From assembly GCF_001194135.2 (NCBI RefSeq), contig NC_068986.1, positions 24,415,663 through 24,479,662 on the forward strand: a stretch of 64,000 nucleotides of DNA, in the 5' to 3' direction. The notes beneath the pieces were generated by a model. That model made no database searches. It was given only the letters and a program-made list of their open reading frames with translations, and was not told where the DNA came from. The number at the start of each line of letters is the position of its first letter. The first letter of the stretch is position 1. Below are positions 1 through 11,585 of the stretch, piece after piece. A program made the position numbers and the translations under genes. This DNA is from Octopus bimaculoides. Its lineage: Eukaryota.

Positions 1-1261
1 TATTACTATTTCATTTTGCATCCTACATGCAACTCCAAAAACTGATTCACCAGTCAGCATCATTTGACTGAGGCCGGCAAAATAATATATATGTATATGT
101 ATGTATATATATATATATATATAGTACCTTTTATGAATAGCTCAGAGCTGTGATTTCCTGATTAGCCTTGTCATTTCTTGTTTTGTGAAGATCAACTTCT
201 CAAACTTCCTTGTGAAGCTATTCGTAAGATACCTAAATGCTCTTGTTTTTATAATATACATCTGAAAGTTTATTCTGTATGTAGTCACTTCTGATTTCTC
301 ATTTTTGCGCTGTATACTTTTTCTTTTTCACTAATCTATAATATTATATCGACACCAACTAGGCAGTATTCACTACTGTACAAATTACCATCTCGTTCTT
401 CTCTTGGAGATAATTATAATCAGTGTGCTATACTTGCAATTTACTGAGTTCTTAGTTTTAATTTTCTACCTGTGATTTTTAATATTATGAGTTACTATAC
501 CCTTCAACTTACTAGAGTTCCTTATATTTATAGCCTCAGGATCATCATTTCTGAACCATGCCTCATAGGTAAATGATATGCAATGACAACTATTTATGAC
601 GTGTGCGAGATTGACGCAATCAGCATGCATCTCATGTCGCTTAAGTGTGATTTTTTAGCGACCCTATTACATTTATGCGTCACATATTTTCTTATATCTT
701 GTCATTCAAAACGAGAGCTAAAATCTCAGTTGTTAGTTGTTCAAAATAGGCGTTTTTGGTTATCAGTGTTGCTTACACTTTGGGGCATTTGGATACGTGT
801 CTTCTACTTTGAGGCAATACAGCCAGGCATGAACAACCGCCGGTATACATGTTTCTTCTGCTGACTATTTGCAGTAAATCTTTGGGCGTGTGTCGTTGGT
901 CATCAGTTCCAGAATACTTCCTCCCACTTCTCACAAAGTTAACTGCGTCGAATTTGTAGACTTAGAAACATCAACACTTGATGGCAGGTAGACATAGAAG
1001 CGACGTGATACGACTTTCAAAGTCTGCTTCAATCGATGTGAGACATCAGCTACATTTCAACGTTTCGGGAAGAAGCAATCTATACCACTATTGATCTTTT
1101 GCTGGTTTCAGACACTGAAGTGCTGCCATTCTATGGCTCTGCCATCAAACGGTTATTCGGACAAATCCACTACGTTAATTTTTTAAAGTCCAGTACATAT
1201 TCTATCCCTCTTTTTTGCCGAAACTCTTCACTGCATTTTCAATACGTATATACAATCAAAC

Positions 1262-1346
1262 TCACACACACACACGTGAATTGACACCTGAACACACACG
1301 CATACATACACAGACGCACATGCAAGGCACACACACACACGCACAC

Positions 1347-1390
<44 letters not shown>
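1262..1390. repeat. Imperfect (CA)n microsatellite
   Basis: Direct reading; it generates the spurious HTHT/VCVC ORFs at 1215-1501. Confidence 0.95.
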
Positions 1391-1395
<5 letters not shown>

Positions 1396-1784
1396 TATAT
1401 TCCAGAGTAAGCAGATATATGTGAAACAAGGTGGGATAAAATATTACTCGATTACCGGAGGTAGAGTAATATACTTTGTTATTAAAGCTGAAACCCATCA
1501 CAAAAATATCACAAAAAACTACTACTCAGAGTTTCACGTTCCCGTTCNNNNNNNNNNNNNNNNNNNNNNNNNNNNNNNNNNNNNNNNNNNNNNNNNNNNN
1601 NNNNNNNNNNNNNNNNNNNNNNNNNNNNNNNNNNNNNNNNNNNNNNNNNNNNNNNNNNNNNNNNNNNNNNNNNNNNNNNNNNNNNNNNNNNNNNNNNNNN
1701 NNNNNNNNNNNNNNNNNNNNNNNNNNNNNNNNNNNNNNNNNNNNNNNNNNNNNNNNNNNNNNNNNNNNNNNNNNNNNNNNNNNN

Positions 1785-1930
1785 ATATATATAGGCTTCG
1801 TCACAGTATCCATCCACCAAATTTACACACAAGGTACTGAGTGTCCCAGGCCTAAAGTAAAAGATACTTGAAAAAGGTGCTATGCAGTGGAGCTTAACCT
1901 AAGATCAGTTGTTGAGAACCACTCACCCAT
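1785..1930 (-). mobile_element. SINE family A, degraded 5' half, running from the (TA)n at the gap edge
   Basis: ccaccaaatttacacacaagg...aaagatacttgaaaaaggtgctatgcagtgg aligns with 53995-54075 (ccaaatccactcacaagg...agaagacacttgcccaaggtgccacgcagtgg). Confidence 0.6.
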
Positions 1931-2099
1931 GCCTATGGAAAACTCAAATGTGACTTCCAGTTTTGACATCAATTGCTCAGATGTCATTGAACGCCCAGTC
2001 AAATTACTCATATGTTGCTATGCATACTGGAGAGCAACCACTTATTGATTTATTTATGTGGAAAGTTCAGAGCACCATATTTGTTTATCCTGGTGTTTT

Positions 2100-2260
2100 T
2101 GTAATTGGTTGCGTGTTTCCTCTCCCCGTTTTCTTTCCTCTTTTCATTGGTTTCTGTCCTCTCTCCTTTTGTTAGATGGGCGTAGGCTCGAAACTTCAAA
2201 CACTTCTTCGAATTATTTTCTCAGTGTCAAACTAATACACCTTGGTGCTGTTCCCTCATC
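2100..2260 (+). mobile_element. Short dispersed repeat carrying a decayed hammerhead-like motif (Penelope-terminus-like family), copy 1
   Basis: gggcgtaggctcgaaac...aaactaatacacc matches the reverse complement of 17110-17175 and the + strand of 50727-50780. A pyrimidine-rich leader is shared with the 17.2 kb copy. Confidence 0.65.
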
Positions 2261-2800
2261 TATCTCATCCCTTTGTCTTTTGTACAATTATGAAACATTT
2301 AGTTATTTGTTGCCCGTGGTTTGTTTCTTACAGGTTTCATCATACATTTTTTTTTCTTTCATTACCAATTATCTCTAAATGTTGTTAGATAAGATGGAAA
2401 TTCGCTCTGGATTCACCATTATAGATATTATAAAGTACCAAAACTATACTTCCTTTTGTACTTTAAAAATGTTTCAAACAAGTCAACGCTTTTTCAGGTT
2501 AACTTTCACAATTTTATAGCCTTCAGATTTCCTCAACAAATTAGTAAAGAAATGGATCTCCGTCAGTTTCTAGTATCAGAAATTTAACGCTTTCATTTTG
2601 AGAACTACCTTCTTACGCGATTCACATACAGCTGTTGGGTAATTTTACAGTCACGAGTTCGCTTAACGTAATTTCCAGGTAAGACCATCATAATTCGCTA
2701 TGATGACACAGCTGGAATTTGAATTTTGGTACAGCCCATCAGACGAGCTTTAGCAAAGGTCCATTTGTTGCTTTCCCGTAGTTTTCCATATACTGCATTT
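2260..2800 (+). mobile_element. Possible highly decayed Penelope-like ORF remnant
   Basis: One frame near 2690-2790 reads FPGKTIIIRYDDTAGI...LLSRSFPYTAF, loosely like the Penelope RT RYxDD...LNxxHPxIxF segment, and it lies just downstream of the hammerhead-like repeat. Many stops; eye alignment only. Confidence 0.3.
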
Positions 2801-3210
2801 TACTAGTCAGTTAAAGGTAAACCCCATGCTATGGTAAATAACACTTGAAGTGAGACAGAATCCTGGAGTGCATTATTGGGAAGAAGAATTCTTAACCATG
2901 TTAATTCCGATTGAAACAAAGCAGAATTTAATGAAACATACCGACGTATAATATATTTATATGTATATATATATAGGTGAATTAAGTTATAACAACCGTC
3001 TATGTGATACTTGTAATCCAATGAATCCCTGGTGTATTACCTATATTTAATCATGGGTATTGGTATTAATGCGCATAAATGGTAGATAATGACAACAATA
3101 ATCTAAAGCATACCAATATTCGAAGAAAACAGAAAATGGAGGTAAAATTGATGAATAACAACTGATTTACAACAATTATCATATACTAATTAATTACCAA
3201 AGACAGAAAC

Positions 3211-3252
3211 TCAACTTACAGCTGTTTCCGTTAGCGTGATACTCAGATTTAA
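3211..3252 (-). ncRNA. Decayed minimal hammerhead-ribozyme-like motif
   Basis: Minus strand reads TTAAAT-CTGAGTA-TCACGCTAAC-G-GAAA-CAGCTG-TA-AGTTGA: a CUGANGA-like core (G8>U), GAAA, palindromic ACAGCTGT stem III, a UA site and a partial stem I. Confidence 0.4.
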
Positions 3253-3259
3253 CCACCCC

Positions 3260-3319
<60 letters not shown>
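3260..3319. repeat. (TAA)n microsatellite
   Basis: Perfect run of about 20 units. Confidence 0.98.
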
Positions 3320-3605
3320 CATTGTAAGTAATTAATTATACCAATTTGAATCACGGAATGCTATCAGAGCGGAAAAGTAAATAAGATAAAAGTAAAAAGA
3401 AAAAGAAAAAGGAGAAAGTTAGAACGGCGATAATCAATTCGTGTTACATTCTGACCCACTGGGAAACATTCGACTGACTAGAATTTAGAAATAAAATTGG
3501 GGTAATTGTAATATTTAGTGGTACATTTCTATACACGTATAGAAATAACTATATGATAACTGATGTAAATCATTATTCATCATTTGTATCTCCATTTTCT
3601 GCTTT

Positions 3606-3641
<36 letters not shown>

Positions 3642-4614
3642 NNNNNNNNNNNNNNNNNNNNNNNNNNNNNNNNNNNNNNNNNNNNNNNNNNNNNNNNNNN
3701 NNNNNNNNNNNNNNNNNNNNNNNNNNNNNNNNNNNNNNNNNNNNNNNNNNNNNNNNNNNNNNNNNNNNNNNNNNNNNNNNNNNNNNNNNNNNNNNNNNNN
3801 NNNNNNNNNNNNNNNNNNNNNNNNNNNNNNNNNNNNNNNNNNNNNNNNNNNNNNNNNNNNNNNNNNNNNNNNNNNNNNNNNNNNNNNNNNNNNNNNNNNN
3901 NNNNNNNNNNNNNNNNNNNNNNNNNNNNNNNNNNNNNNNNNNNNNNNNNNNNNNNNNNNNNNNNNNNNNNNNNNNNNNNNNNNNNNNNNNNNNNNNNNNN
4001 NNNNNTTATATATGTATATATATATATATAGCAGAGGAAGAGACTTAGGTGAGGAGAAGAAGGGGGATTGATCAGGAGAAGTAGGAGAGACTGAATGACA
4101 TATTAGTTAGCCATAGCTGGAAAAAAAGCCCCGCAATAGTTGATATGTATTGAAATGGATATTTTCGTTAGATACTCTTTCATGTAATTTGTTCGTTAAT
4201 GGCGTATTCTTTTTCTTTGCATTAATCACTAGGATATTTGCATAAATCGTTAGAATTTTGGTCACTAGAAAAAATTATACGAAATTATACGTAATTATTC
4301 CAAATGACTACATCGCTTCAATTGATGCAAAACTATTAATACACTTTTGCTACTATGGGTGATATCAGGATATACGGTATACATACAATAAGTATAATTT
4401 GACTTTTATCAAATACTCCTGATAGCAAAAGAGTAATTTCTACTATTCTCAATAACATTCGCATGCGAGTTCGCGATTGTAACACCTTTCTTGCAGTACA
4501 TTAACAATATTAGTGACAGGTGGCTGTAATTTTGCAATAATGAAGAATAAGACGACAACGATGGCGGCCGGCGCAGCAGCAGCTGGAAACGATGTTGTTG
4601 TTATTGTCGTCGTC

Positions 4615-4632
4615 GATGGTGATGATGGTGAA

Positions 4633-4689
<57 letters not shown>

Positions 4690-4690
4690 A
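4615..4690. repeat. (GAT)n microsatellite
   Basis: Direct reading; source of the poly-D/poly-M/poly-I ORFs at 4510-4824. Confidence 0.97.
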
Positions 4691-5454
4691 CTCATTGTGA
4701 TGGTGATCATGATGATGGAGACAAGTCATTCTATTGTGGAGACCTCGAGAAATATTCCCATCCAGTACTACTTAGTATTTATTATCTATTAATGCACGCA
4801 ACAGTCCGGATAAATAGAGTTTAATTGTTTGACCTTTCCAATGATGAGAGCTATCCATCAACAAGTAATCATCCTTATTGTTTCCATGAGATGTTAGAGT
4901 GAAGTGAGAGTCGCTCATACAGCGTCCTATTTCGTGACTCATGCTTGTTTCATCAGAATGCTGAAAACAAAACGACATAGGTAGAATTTGAACACATAAC
5001 ATAAAGGACTACCATATACCAGCCTGAAATTTAAAGGACCTTATATATTCCACCTTGGTTACAACTCTGAATTGGCAATATCATTAGAGCATAGGAGAAA
5101 CTGATTTGCAGCATTTCTTCGAAATTCTCATGTTGTCAGTACAAATCACACCAAGATAAACTTTATTTCTCATCGCTAAAATAAAATATTAATCAAGTAC
5201 TAATTAATGTCGATGGAATAGAAAAATCTTCCCCCCTTAAAAATGGCTGACTTATGCTTAAATCAGAAATCGTTATATGGTGTAACATGTATACACAAAT
5301 GATGCTGGTTACATATATTCAAGGGACAGACGTATTCTTCCCTGAATTTCTATACAAAGAATGTATTAAGGGAATCCTTTATATTTTGCCGAAGTATGCT
5401 TATTTCACCGATAAACATTAAACATTAATGAAAGACGCTGACAAACAAGAACAC

Positions 5455-5493
<39 letters not shown>

Positions 5494-6116
5494 TGTGTGT
5501 GNNNNNNNNNNNNNNNNNNNNNNNNNNNNNNNNNNNNNNNNNNNNNNNNNNNNNNNNNNNNNNNNNNNNNNNNNNNNNNNNNNNNNNNNNNNNNNNNNNN
5601 NNNNNNNNNNNNNNNNNNNNNNNNNNNNNNNNNNNNNNNNNNNNNNNNNNNNNNNNNNNNNNNNNNNNNNNNNNNNNNNNNNNNNNNNNNNNNNNNNNNN
5701 NNNNNNNNNNNNNNNNNNNNNNNNNNNNNNNNNNNNNNNNNNNNNNNNNNNNNNNNNNNNNNNNNNNNNNNNNNNNNNNNNNNNNNNNNNNNNNNNNNNN
5801 NNNNNNNNNNNNNNNNNNNNNNNNNNNNNNNNNNNNNNNNNNNNNNNNNNNNNNNNNNNNNNNNNNNNNNNNNNNNNNNNNNNNNNNNNNNNNNNNNNNN
5901 NNNNNNNNNNNNNNNNNNNNNNNNNNNNNNNNNNNNNNNNNNNNNNNNNNNNNNNNNNNNNNNNNNNNNNNNNNNNNNNNNNNNNNNNGGAAGAAAGAAA
6001 GAAAGAAACTCAATGTGCGCAGCAATCCGGATAAACAAAGTTTAATTGCATGACATTTCCAATGATGAGAAATATCCATCATCCAGTAATCAGTTCTATA
6101 TACATGCATATATATA

Positions 6117-6221
<105 letters not shown>

Positions 6222-6514
6222 GAAGCATTTACATGATTGCAAGGGGAATAGACTAGGAACCGTATAAAACACAAAGATTTCTGCCATACAATATCTGTTT
6301 AAGATATATTACTTTTGATAAAATCCTGAATATTTCTAAATGTATTTGATGGCTTTAGCATAATCTCCATCAGCCACATTCCTCTCACAAAATACTGGTC
6401 ATACCAAGGCTTGGCAAGTAACTCCTGAAATGATGGGCACAGAATGGAGCATTTCAGGATCGAATCGCCAATTTCTTCACCATTCCTCTTTAGCATAAGA
6501 TTAGAACGATATAA

Positions 6515-6790
6515 CTATGTTGAATAAAGCAACTGGATTCAGAAAAACATTCCGTCGTGCATATGCAAGAATGTATGTTCCTCAAGAAGCCCCGATCTCA
6601 ACTTATGGACTTTTCTGCTTGGTCCATTTTGGAGACGAGGGCTTCGAGCTATCTTCATGCGTCGCCCGGCGCTCTGAAAGCAACACTGCGCCAGGAATGG
6701 GCTTCGATTCTGCACGAACTGCTGCGTGACACGTGTGAGACATTCGCATCTAGACTTAAGGCTATTATTCGAAACAGAGGTGGTCATATA
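6515..6790 (+). mobile_element. Tc1/mariner (DD37D maT-like) transposase C-terminal remnant, frameshifted
   Basis: Frames join to WIQKNIP..C..SSRSPDLN-LMDFSAWSILETRASSYLHASPGALKATLRQEWASILHELLRDTCETFASRLKAIIRNRGGHI, the SPDLNPxD...W...RLKAxI..KGGH end typical of Tc1/mariner transposases. Confidence 0.8.
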
Positions 6791-7050
6791 CTCTTTATTC
6801 GTTTACGCTTTTACTTGTTTCAGTCATTTGACTGCGGCCATGCTGGAGCACCACCTTTAGTCGAGAAAATCGACCCCATGACTTGCATTTTGTAACCCTA
6901 GTACTTATTCTGTCGGTTTCCTTTGCCGAACCGCTATGTTACGTGGACGTAAACACAACACTATCGGTTGTCAAGCGATGTCGGTGGGGGGATAAACACA
7001 TGCACACAAAGATATACACACACATACATACATATATATATATATATATA
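6791..7050 (-). mobile_element. SINE family A, 3' half, internal microsatellite running into the gap
   Basis: cagtcatttgactgcggccatgctggagcacc...gtacttattctgtcgg...tttgccgaaccgct...gttgtcaagcgatg is the reverse complement of 37650-37830. Confidence 0.85.
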
Positions 7051-7706
7051 NNNNNNNNNNNNNNNNNNNNNNNNNNNNNNNNNNNNNNNNNNNNNNNNNN
7101 NNNNNNNNNNNNNNNNNNNNNNNNNNNNNNNNNNNNNNNNNNNNNNNNNNNNNNNNNNNNNNNNNNNNNNNNNNNNNNNNNNNNNNNNNNNNNNNNNNNN
7201 NNNNNNNNNNNNNNNNNNNNNNNNNNNNNNNNNNNNNNNNNNNNNNNNNNNNNNNNNNNNNNNNNNNNNNNNNNNNNNNNNNNNNNNNNNNNNNNNNNNN
7301 NNNNNNNNNNNNNNNNNNNNNNNNNNNNNNNNNNNNNNNNNNNNNNNNNNNNNNNNNNNNNNNNNGTGTCATGATTGTGTTTCCTTCACCATAGCATTGC
7401 AACGCTCGGATCTGAAATATGAAAATAGTTTGCTTTGACAAAATTTAAAATAGTTGGTTGCCTTAAATTTGAGACACCCTCCACTATGGTCAATAAATCA
7501 ATTGGATCACTGAAAGAAAAAATGTATTTTGCTTAATTTATGCTTAAACATAAATGTATCTACTTTAATTGGACAGTGTGAGTTAATATAATTGTAAACA
7601 AATTCAATGGAAGTAATATAAGTGAGTAGCGGGTTTGTACCCAGTGTGTTGCATTTTGGGCATTCTATCAATGTGCCATTGGAACACCAACACAAGTTAG
7701 ATTAAC

Positions 7707-7830
7707 TAAGGAAACCTTCTTCATTGAAAAATATAAGCCAAAACTTAACTATTTCTAATATTTTAAAATAAGGAAACTCACCTCATTGAAAAAAATATAA
7801 AACAAAACCTAACCACTTGTAACATTCTAT
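7707..7830. repeat. Diverged tandem duplication, 62-bp period
   Basis: taaggaaac...tcattgaaaaa.tataa..caaaac.taac starts at 7707 and at 7769. Confidence 0.8.
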
Positions 7831-7868
7831 TCCTTCTACACCAAATCATGTTAAATTAATAAAACCTA

Positions 7869-7990
7869 GTCATTCCCAACATTTTTGATTATCTCCCTTA
7901 TATCGGAAAAATCCCTGATTACCTTCCCCTGTCATTCCCAACAGTTTTGTTTATCTCCCTTATACCGGAAATATCCCTGATTACCTTCTC
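7869..7990. repeat. Tandem duplication, 62-bp period, unrelated unit
   Basis: gtcattcccaaca.ttttg.ttatctcccttata.cggaaa.atccctgattacctt starts at 7869 and at 7931. Confidence 0.9.
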
Positions 7991-8199
7991 CATATTTCAC
8001 AACATGCCGAAGATATGACACAATATAGGTGAAGACATTTGAGAAATTTGAAAAGAAAATACGAAACCGGTTATTTCTCTAAAAACAACGGTTACTATAC
8101 GCAAAATTTTATAACATTTTTCTTACATAACGATTTAAATATATTCTTTAACAATACAACACAAGCGTTCTGTAGTTATATTCATTCTATTTTCTCTTT

Positions 8200-8201
8200 T
8201 G

Positions 8202-8236
<35 letters not shown>

Positions 8237-8241
8237 AAATA

Positions 8242-8337
<96 letters not shown>

Positions 8338-8385
8338 ATTTTTATGTGTACATCTGTGCACATATGAAAGCATTCATGCGCGCAA

Positions 8386-8425
<40 letters not shown>

Positions 8426-8430
8426 ATATA
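8200..8430. repeat. Compound (TA)n/(GT)n/(CA)n microsatellite cluster
   Basis: Direct reading; (GT)n spans about 8257-8336. Confidence 0.95.
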
Positions 8431-8822
8431 TATATACTTCTGCGCGTGTGAGTGTGTATGCATATATGTATGTGTGCATGCTTGCATGCGTGTATCTGAC
8501 AATGATAATATTTATTTGGTTGCAATATAAATATGTTAGGAACTTATTAAGCAAACAGAATTCCGACGCTTCAGGCCTGTATAATATATATTTCCTTGAA
8601 ATAATCTTGAGTTGAAATAGTTCCAAGAAATTGAAGCTTTGGAAGTCATAAGGCTTCAAGAGTCCTCTGGAATCTCCTTCAAAATTTCAGTGTACAATGT
8701 GTACAGATGCACATATTCAGAAACATACCCGCACGCACGTACACCCACAGAAACACATTCAAACATAAACACATGCATATATACATACATATATACACAT
8801 ACCCCATGCATGTTCGTATACA

Positions 8823-8865
<43 letters not shown>

Positions 8866-9321
8866 ACACACACACACACACACANNNNNNNNNNNNNNNN
8901 NNNNNNNNNNNNNNNNNNNNNNNNNNNNNNNNNNNNNNNNNNNNNNNNNNNNNNNNNNNNNNNNNNNNNNNNNNNNNNNNNNNNNNNNNNNNNNNNNNNN
9001 NNNNNNNNNNNNNNNNNNNNNNNNNNNNNNNNNNNNNNNNNNNNNNNNNNNNNNNNNNNNNNNNNNNNNNNNNNNNNNNNNNNNNNNNNNNNNNNNNNNN
9101 NNNNNNNNNNNNNNNNNNNNNNNNNNNNNNNNNNNNNNNNNNNNNNNNNNNNNNNNNNNNNNNNNNNNNNNNNNNNNNNNNNNNNNNNNNNNNNNNNNNN
9201 NNNNNNNNNNNNNNNNNNNNNNNNNNNNNNNNNNNNNNNNNNNNNNNNNNNNNACATATATATATATATGTATGTAAGTATATATATATGTGCATATACA
9301 CTTTTATGTTCAGGCATATAT

Positions 9322-9353
<32 letters not shown>

Positions 9354-9594
9354 CTGTTTGTGTATCTGTGTCTGTATGTGTGTGTGTGCATGTTCTTTTG
9401 TGTGTATGTGTGTGTGCGTGCGTGTGCGTTTGCGTGTGTATGTGCGTGTGCCAATGTAGGAAAATGTAAGAGAAATGCCAAGTGATGACGAATTTCAATT
9501 TCTTTTTGAGAAAGGAAACTGGAAAAGATGGAGAAATATCGAAGACCATACACAGACATGCGCATGCGCGTACACACACATACATAAAGAAAAT

Positions 9595-9800
<206 letters not shown>

Positions 9801-10189
9801 TGGCACACGTATTCCCACACACGTATGTATATATGGAATCCTGAAAAATATTAATTATTACAGAAAGATATCACGATCTGGTTGATTTATGTGTTATTTA
9901 CGACATTTACAACCTCACATTGGTGAACAATAATTTTGTTTTAAGCATTTTTGGAAGGTTTCCATATTGATATAAATTGGATAAATATTAAGCACTGAAC
10001 AAACTCAAAAATATAATTTAATCTAAAGTGTGATATATAGTATTATATATGTATAGTTGTAGTACTTCAAAGAAATGTAGATTGATATATCCCTGTCTAC
10101 TATTTTTTGTGTGTTTTTCTGCCTATCTGTCTATGCTATTGTGATGTCTTTACACTCTCACTTTCAGATAAATTTATACAGGCATACAT

Positions 10190-10230
<41 letters not shown>

Positions 10231-10625
10231 TACATACAACTGATTCCTACGTTACAAATACAACTTGTAAGCGGAACTGTAAAATTATTGTAGAAATTTC
10301 TCGGGTTTGAAATGTGACAATGTTTTACTTATCTACATTCCAAAGATGGAGCTTTGTATCTTTGTATCTTTGTTAGAGACCAGCTCCTTCTTCAGAGGAG
10401 GAATTTAAATGGTGAAAAACAAAAGAGACATGCATGCATACGTATATACCTACCTACCTACATATATACAGGCATACATACAGCTTTTGAATGTCGCATT
10501 GTATCACTCAGGCAACGTGTGATAAACAGTAAAATCATAAAGGAGTATATACAATGCATACACAAAACAGAGAGCAACAACATTTGCAGAGTTGAAGAAA
10601 TACTGCGCAGCTAATTTGCGAATAC

Positions 10626-10656
<31 letters not shown>

Positions 10657-11012
10657 CACACACAGACACACACACACACATTCACCACACACACACACAT
10701 ATACACNNNNNNNNNNNNNNNNNNNNNNNNNNNNNNNNNNNNNNNNNNNNNNNNNNNNNNNNNNNNNNNNNNNNNNNNNNNNNNNNNNNNNNNNNNNNNN
10801 NNNNNNNNNNNNNNNNNNNNNNNNNNNNNNNNNNNNNNNNNNNNNNNNNNNNNNNNNNNNNNNNNNNNNNNNNNNNNNNNNNNNNNNNNNNNNNNNNNNN
10901 NNNNNNNNNNNNNNNNNNNNNNNNNNNNNNNNNNNNNNNNNNNNNNNNNNNNNNNNNNNNNNNNNNNNNNNNNNNNNNNNNNNNNNNNNNNNNNNNNNNN
11001 NNNNNNNNNNNN

Positions 11013-11057
<45 letters not shown>

Positions 11058-11182
11058 CATATATATATATCTATATATATTCGTATTTATATACGACGTG
11101 CTTCTTTCAGTTTCTGTCTACCGAATCCACTCACAAAGCTTTGGTCGGTCCCAAGCTATAGCAAACGACACTCGCTCAAGAT
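11013..11182 (-). mobile_element. SINE family A, 5'-truncated head half with internal (CA)/(TA) tract
   Basis: tatacgacgtgcttctttcagtttctgtctaccgaatccactcacaaagctttggtcgg matches 53970-54030. Confidence 0.8.
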
Positions 11183-11211
11183 AACACACACACGCACGCA
11201 CACGCACACAA

Positions 11212-11244
<33 letters not shown>

Positions 11245-11419
11245 AACATATTATTGACGTCGTACGATTTTTGAGGTTTTCTTATTATCAAGGAAATTAT
11301 TTTGTGTCTTAATACGTCAAACTAGGCCTCAAAACTAGTATCGTTTTGGAGAAAGCTTCTTTCTGATATGTATAGTACTAATATTGACAAAAGCAGATGA
11401 AAATTGTCGAGCAATGGAG

Positions 11420-11585
11420 GTAGATTTGCTGAATGACTAATTCTGTGTCTTGAAACGATATCAATATCTACCATCAACCGCTTGCTTAAACACCTCTCAC
11501 TTTTACTGGTATAGAAAAACACTGATAAACACATCACTGCCTTTGCAATTTGCTGGCGTAAATTTTTTATTAATGACGAAGGCAT
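11420..11585 (+). mobile_element. Possible Tc1-like transposase remnant
   Basis: One frame gives ISISTINRLLKHL...KHITAFAICWRKFFINDEG, reminiscent of Tc1 ISxSTVxRxL...WxKVLFSDE. Short, decayed, eye alignment only. Confidence 0.25.

Noticed and set aside
4513-4824. ORF with AAGAAAAG and a poly-Asp tract resembling an acidic protein
   Set aside because: It is built from (GCA)/(GTT)/(GAT) repeats, is open in several frames, and has no domain.
6299-6496. Minus ORF containing CPSFQELLAKPW, like a kinase C-terminal RPSFxELLxHPW
   Set aside because: Only a short motif with no other kinase features or convincing splice sites; too weak.
7707-7990. CRISPR-like array (also considered for 39880-39966)
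   Set aside because: Units are contiguous tandem copies without unique spacers, there are no cas genes, and the context is eukaryotic.
8020-8075. GTGAAGA...CGAAACCGGTTA, a hammerhead-like spacing
   Set aside because: C3 is missing and no stem II can be formed.
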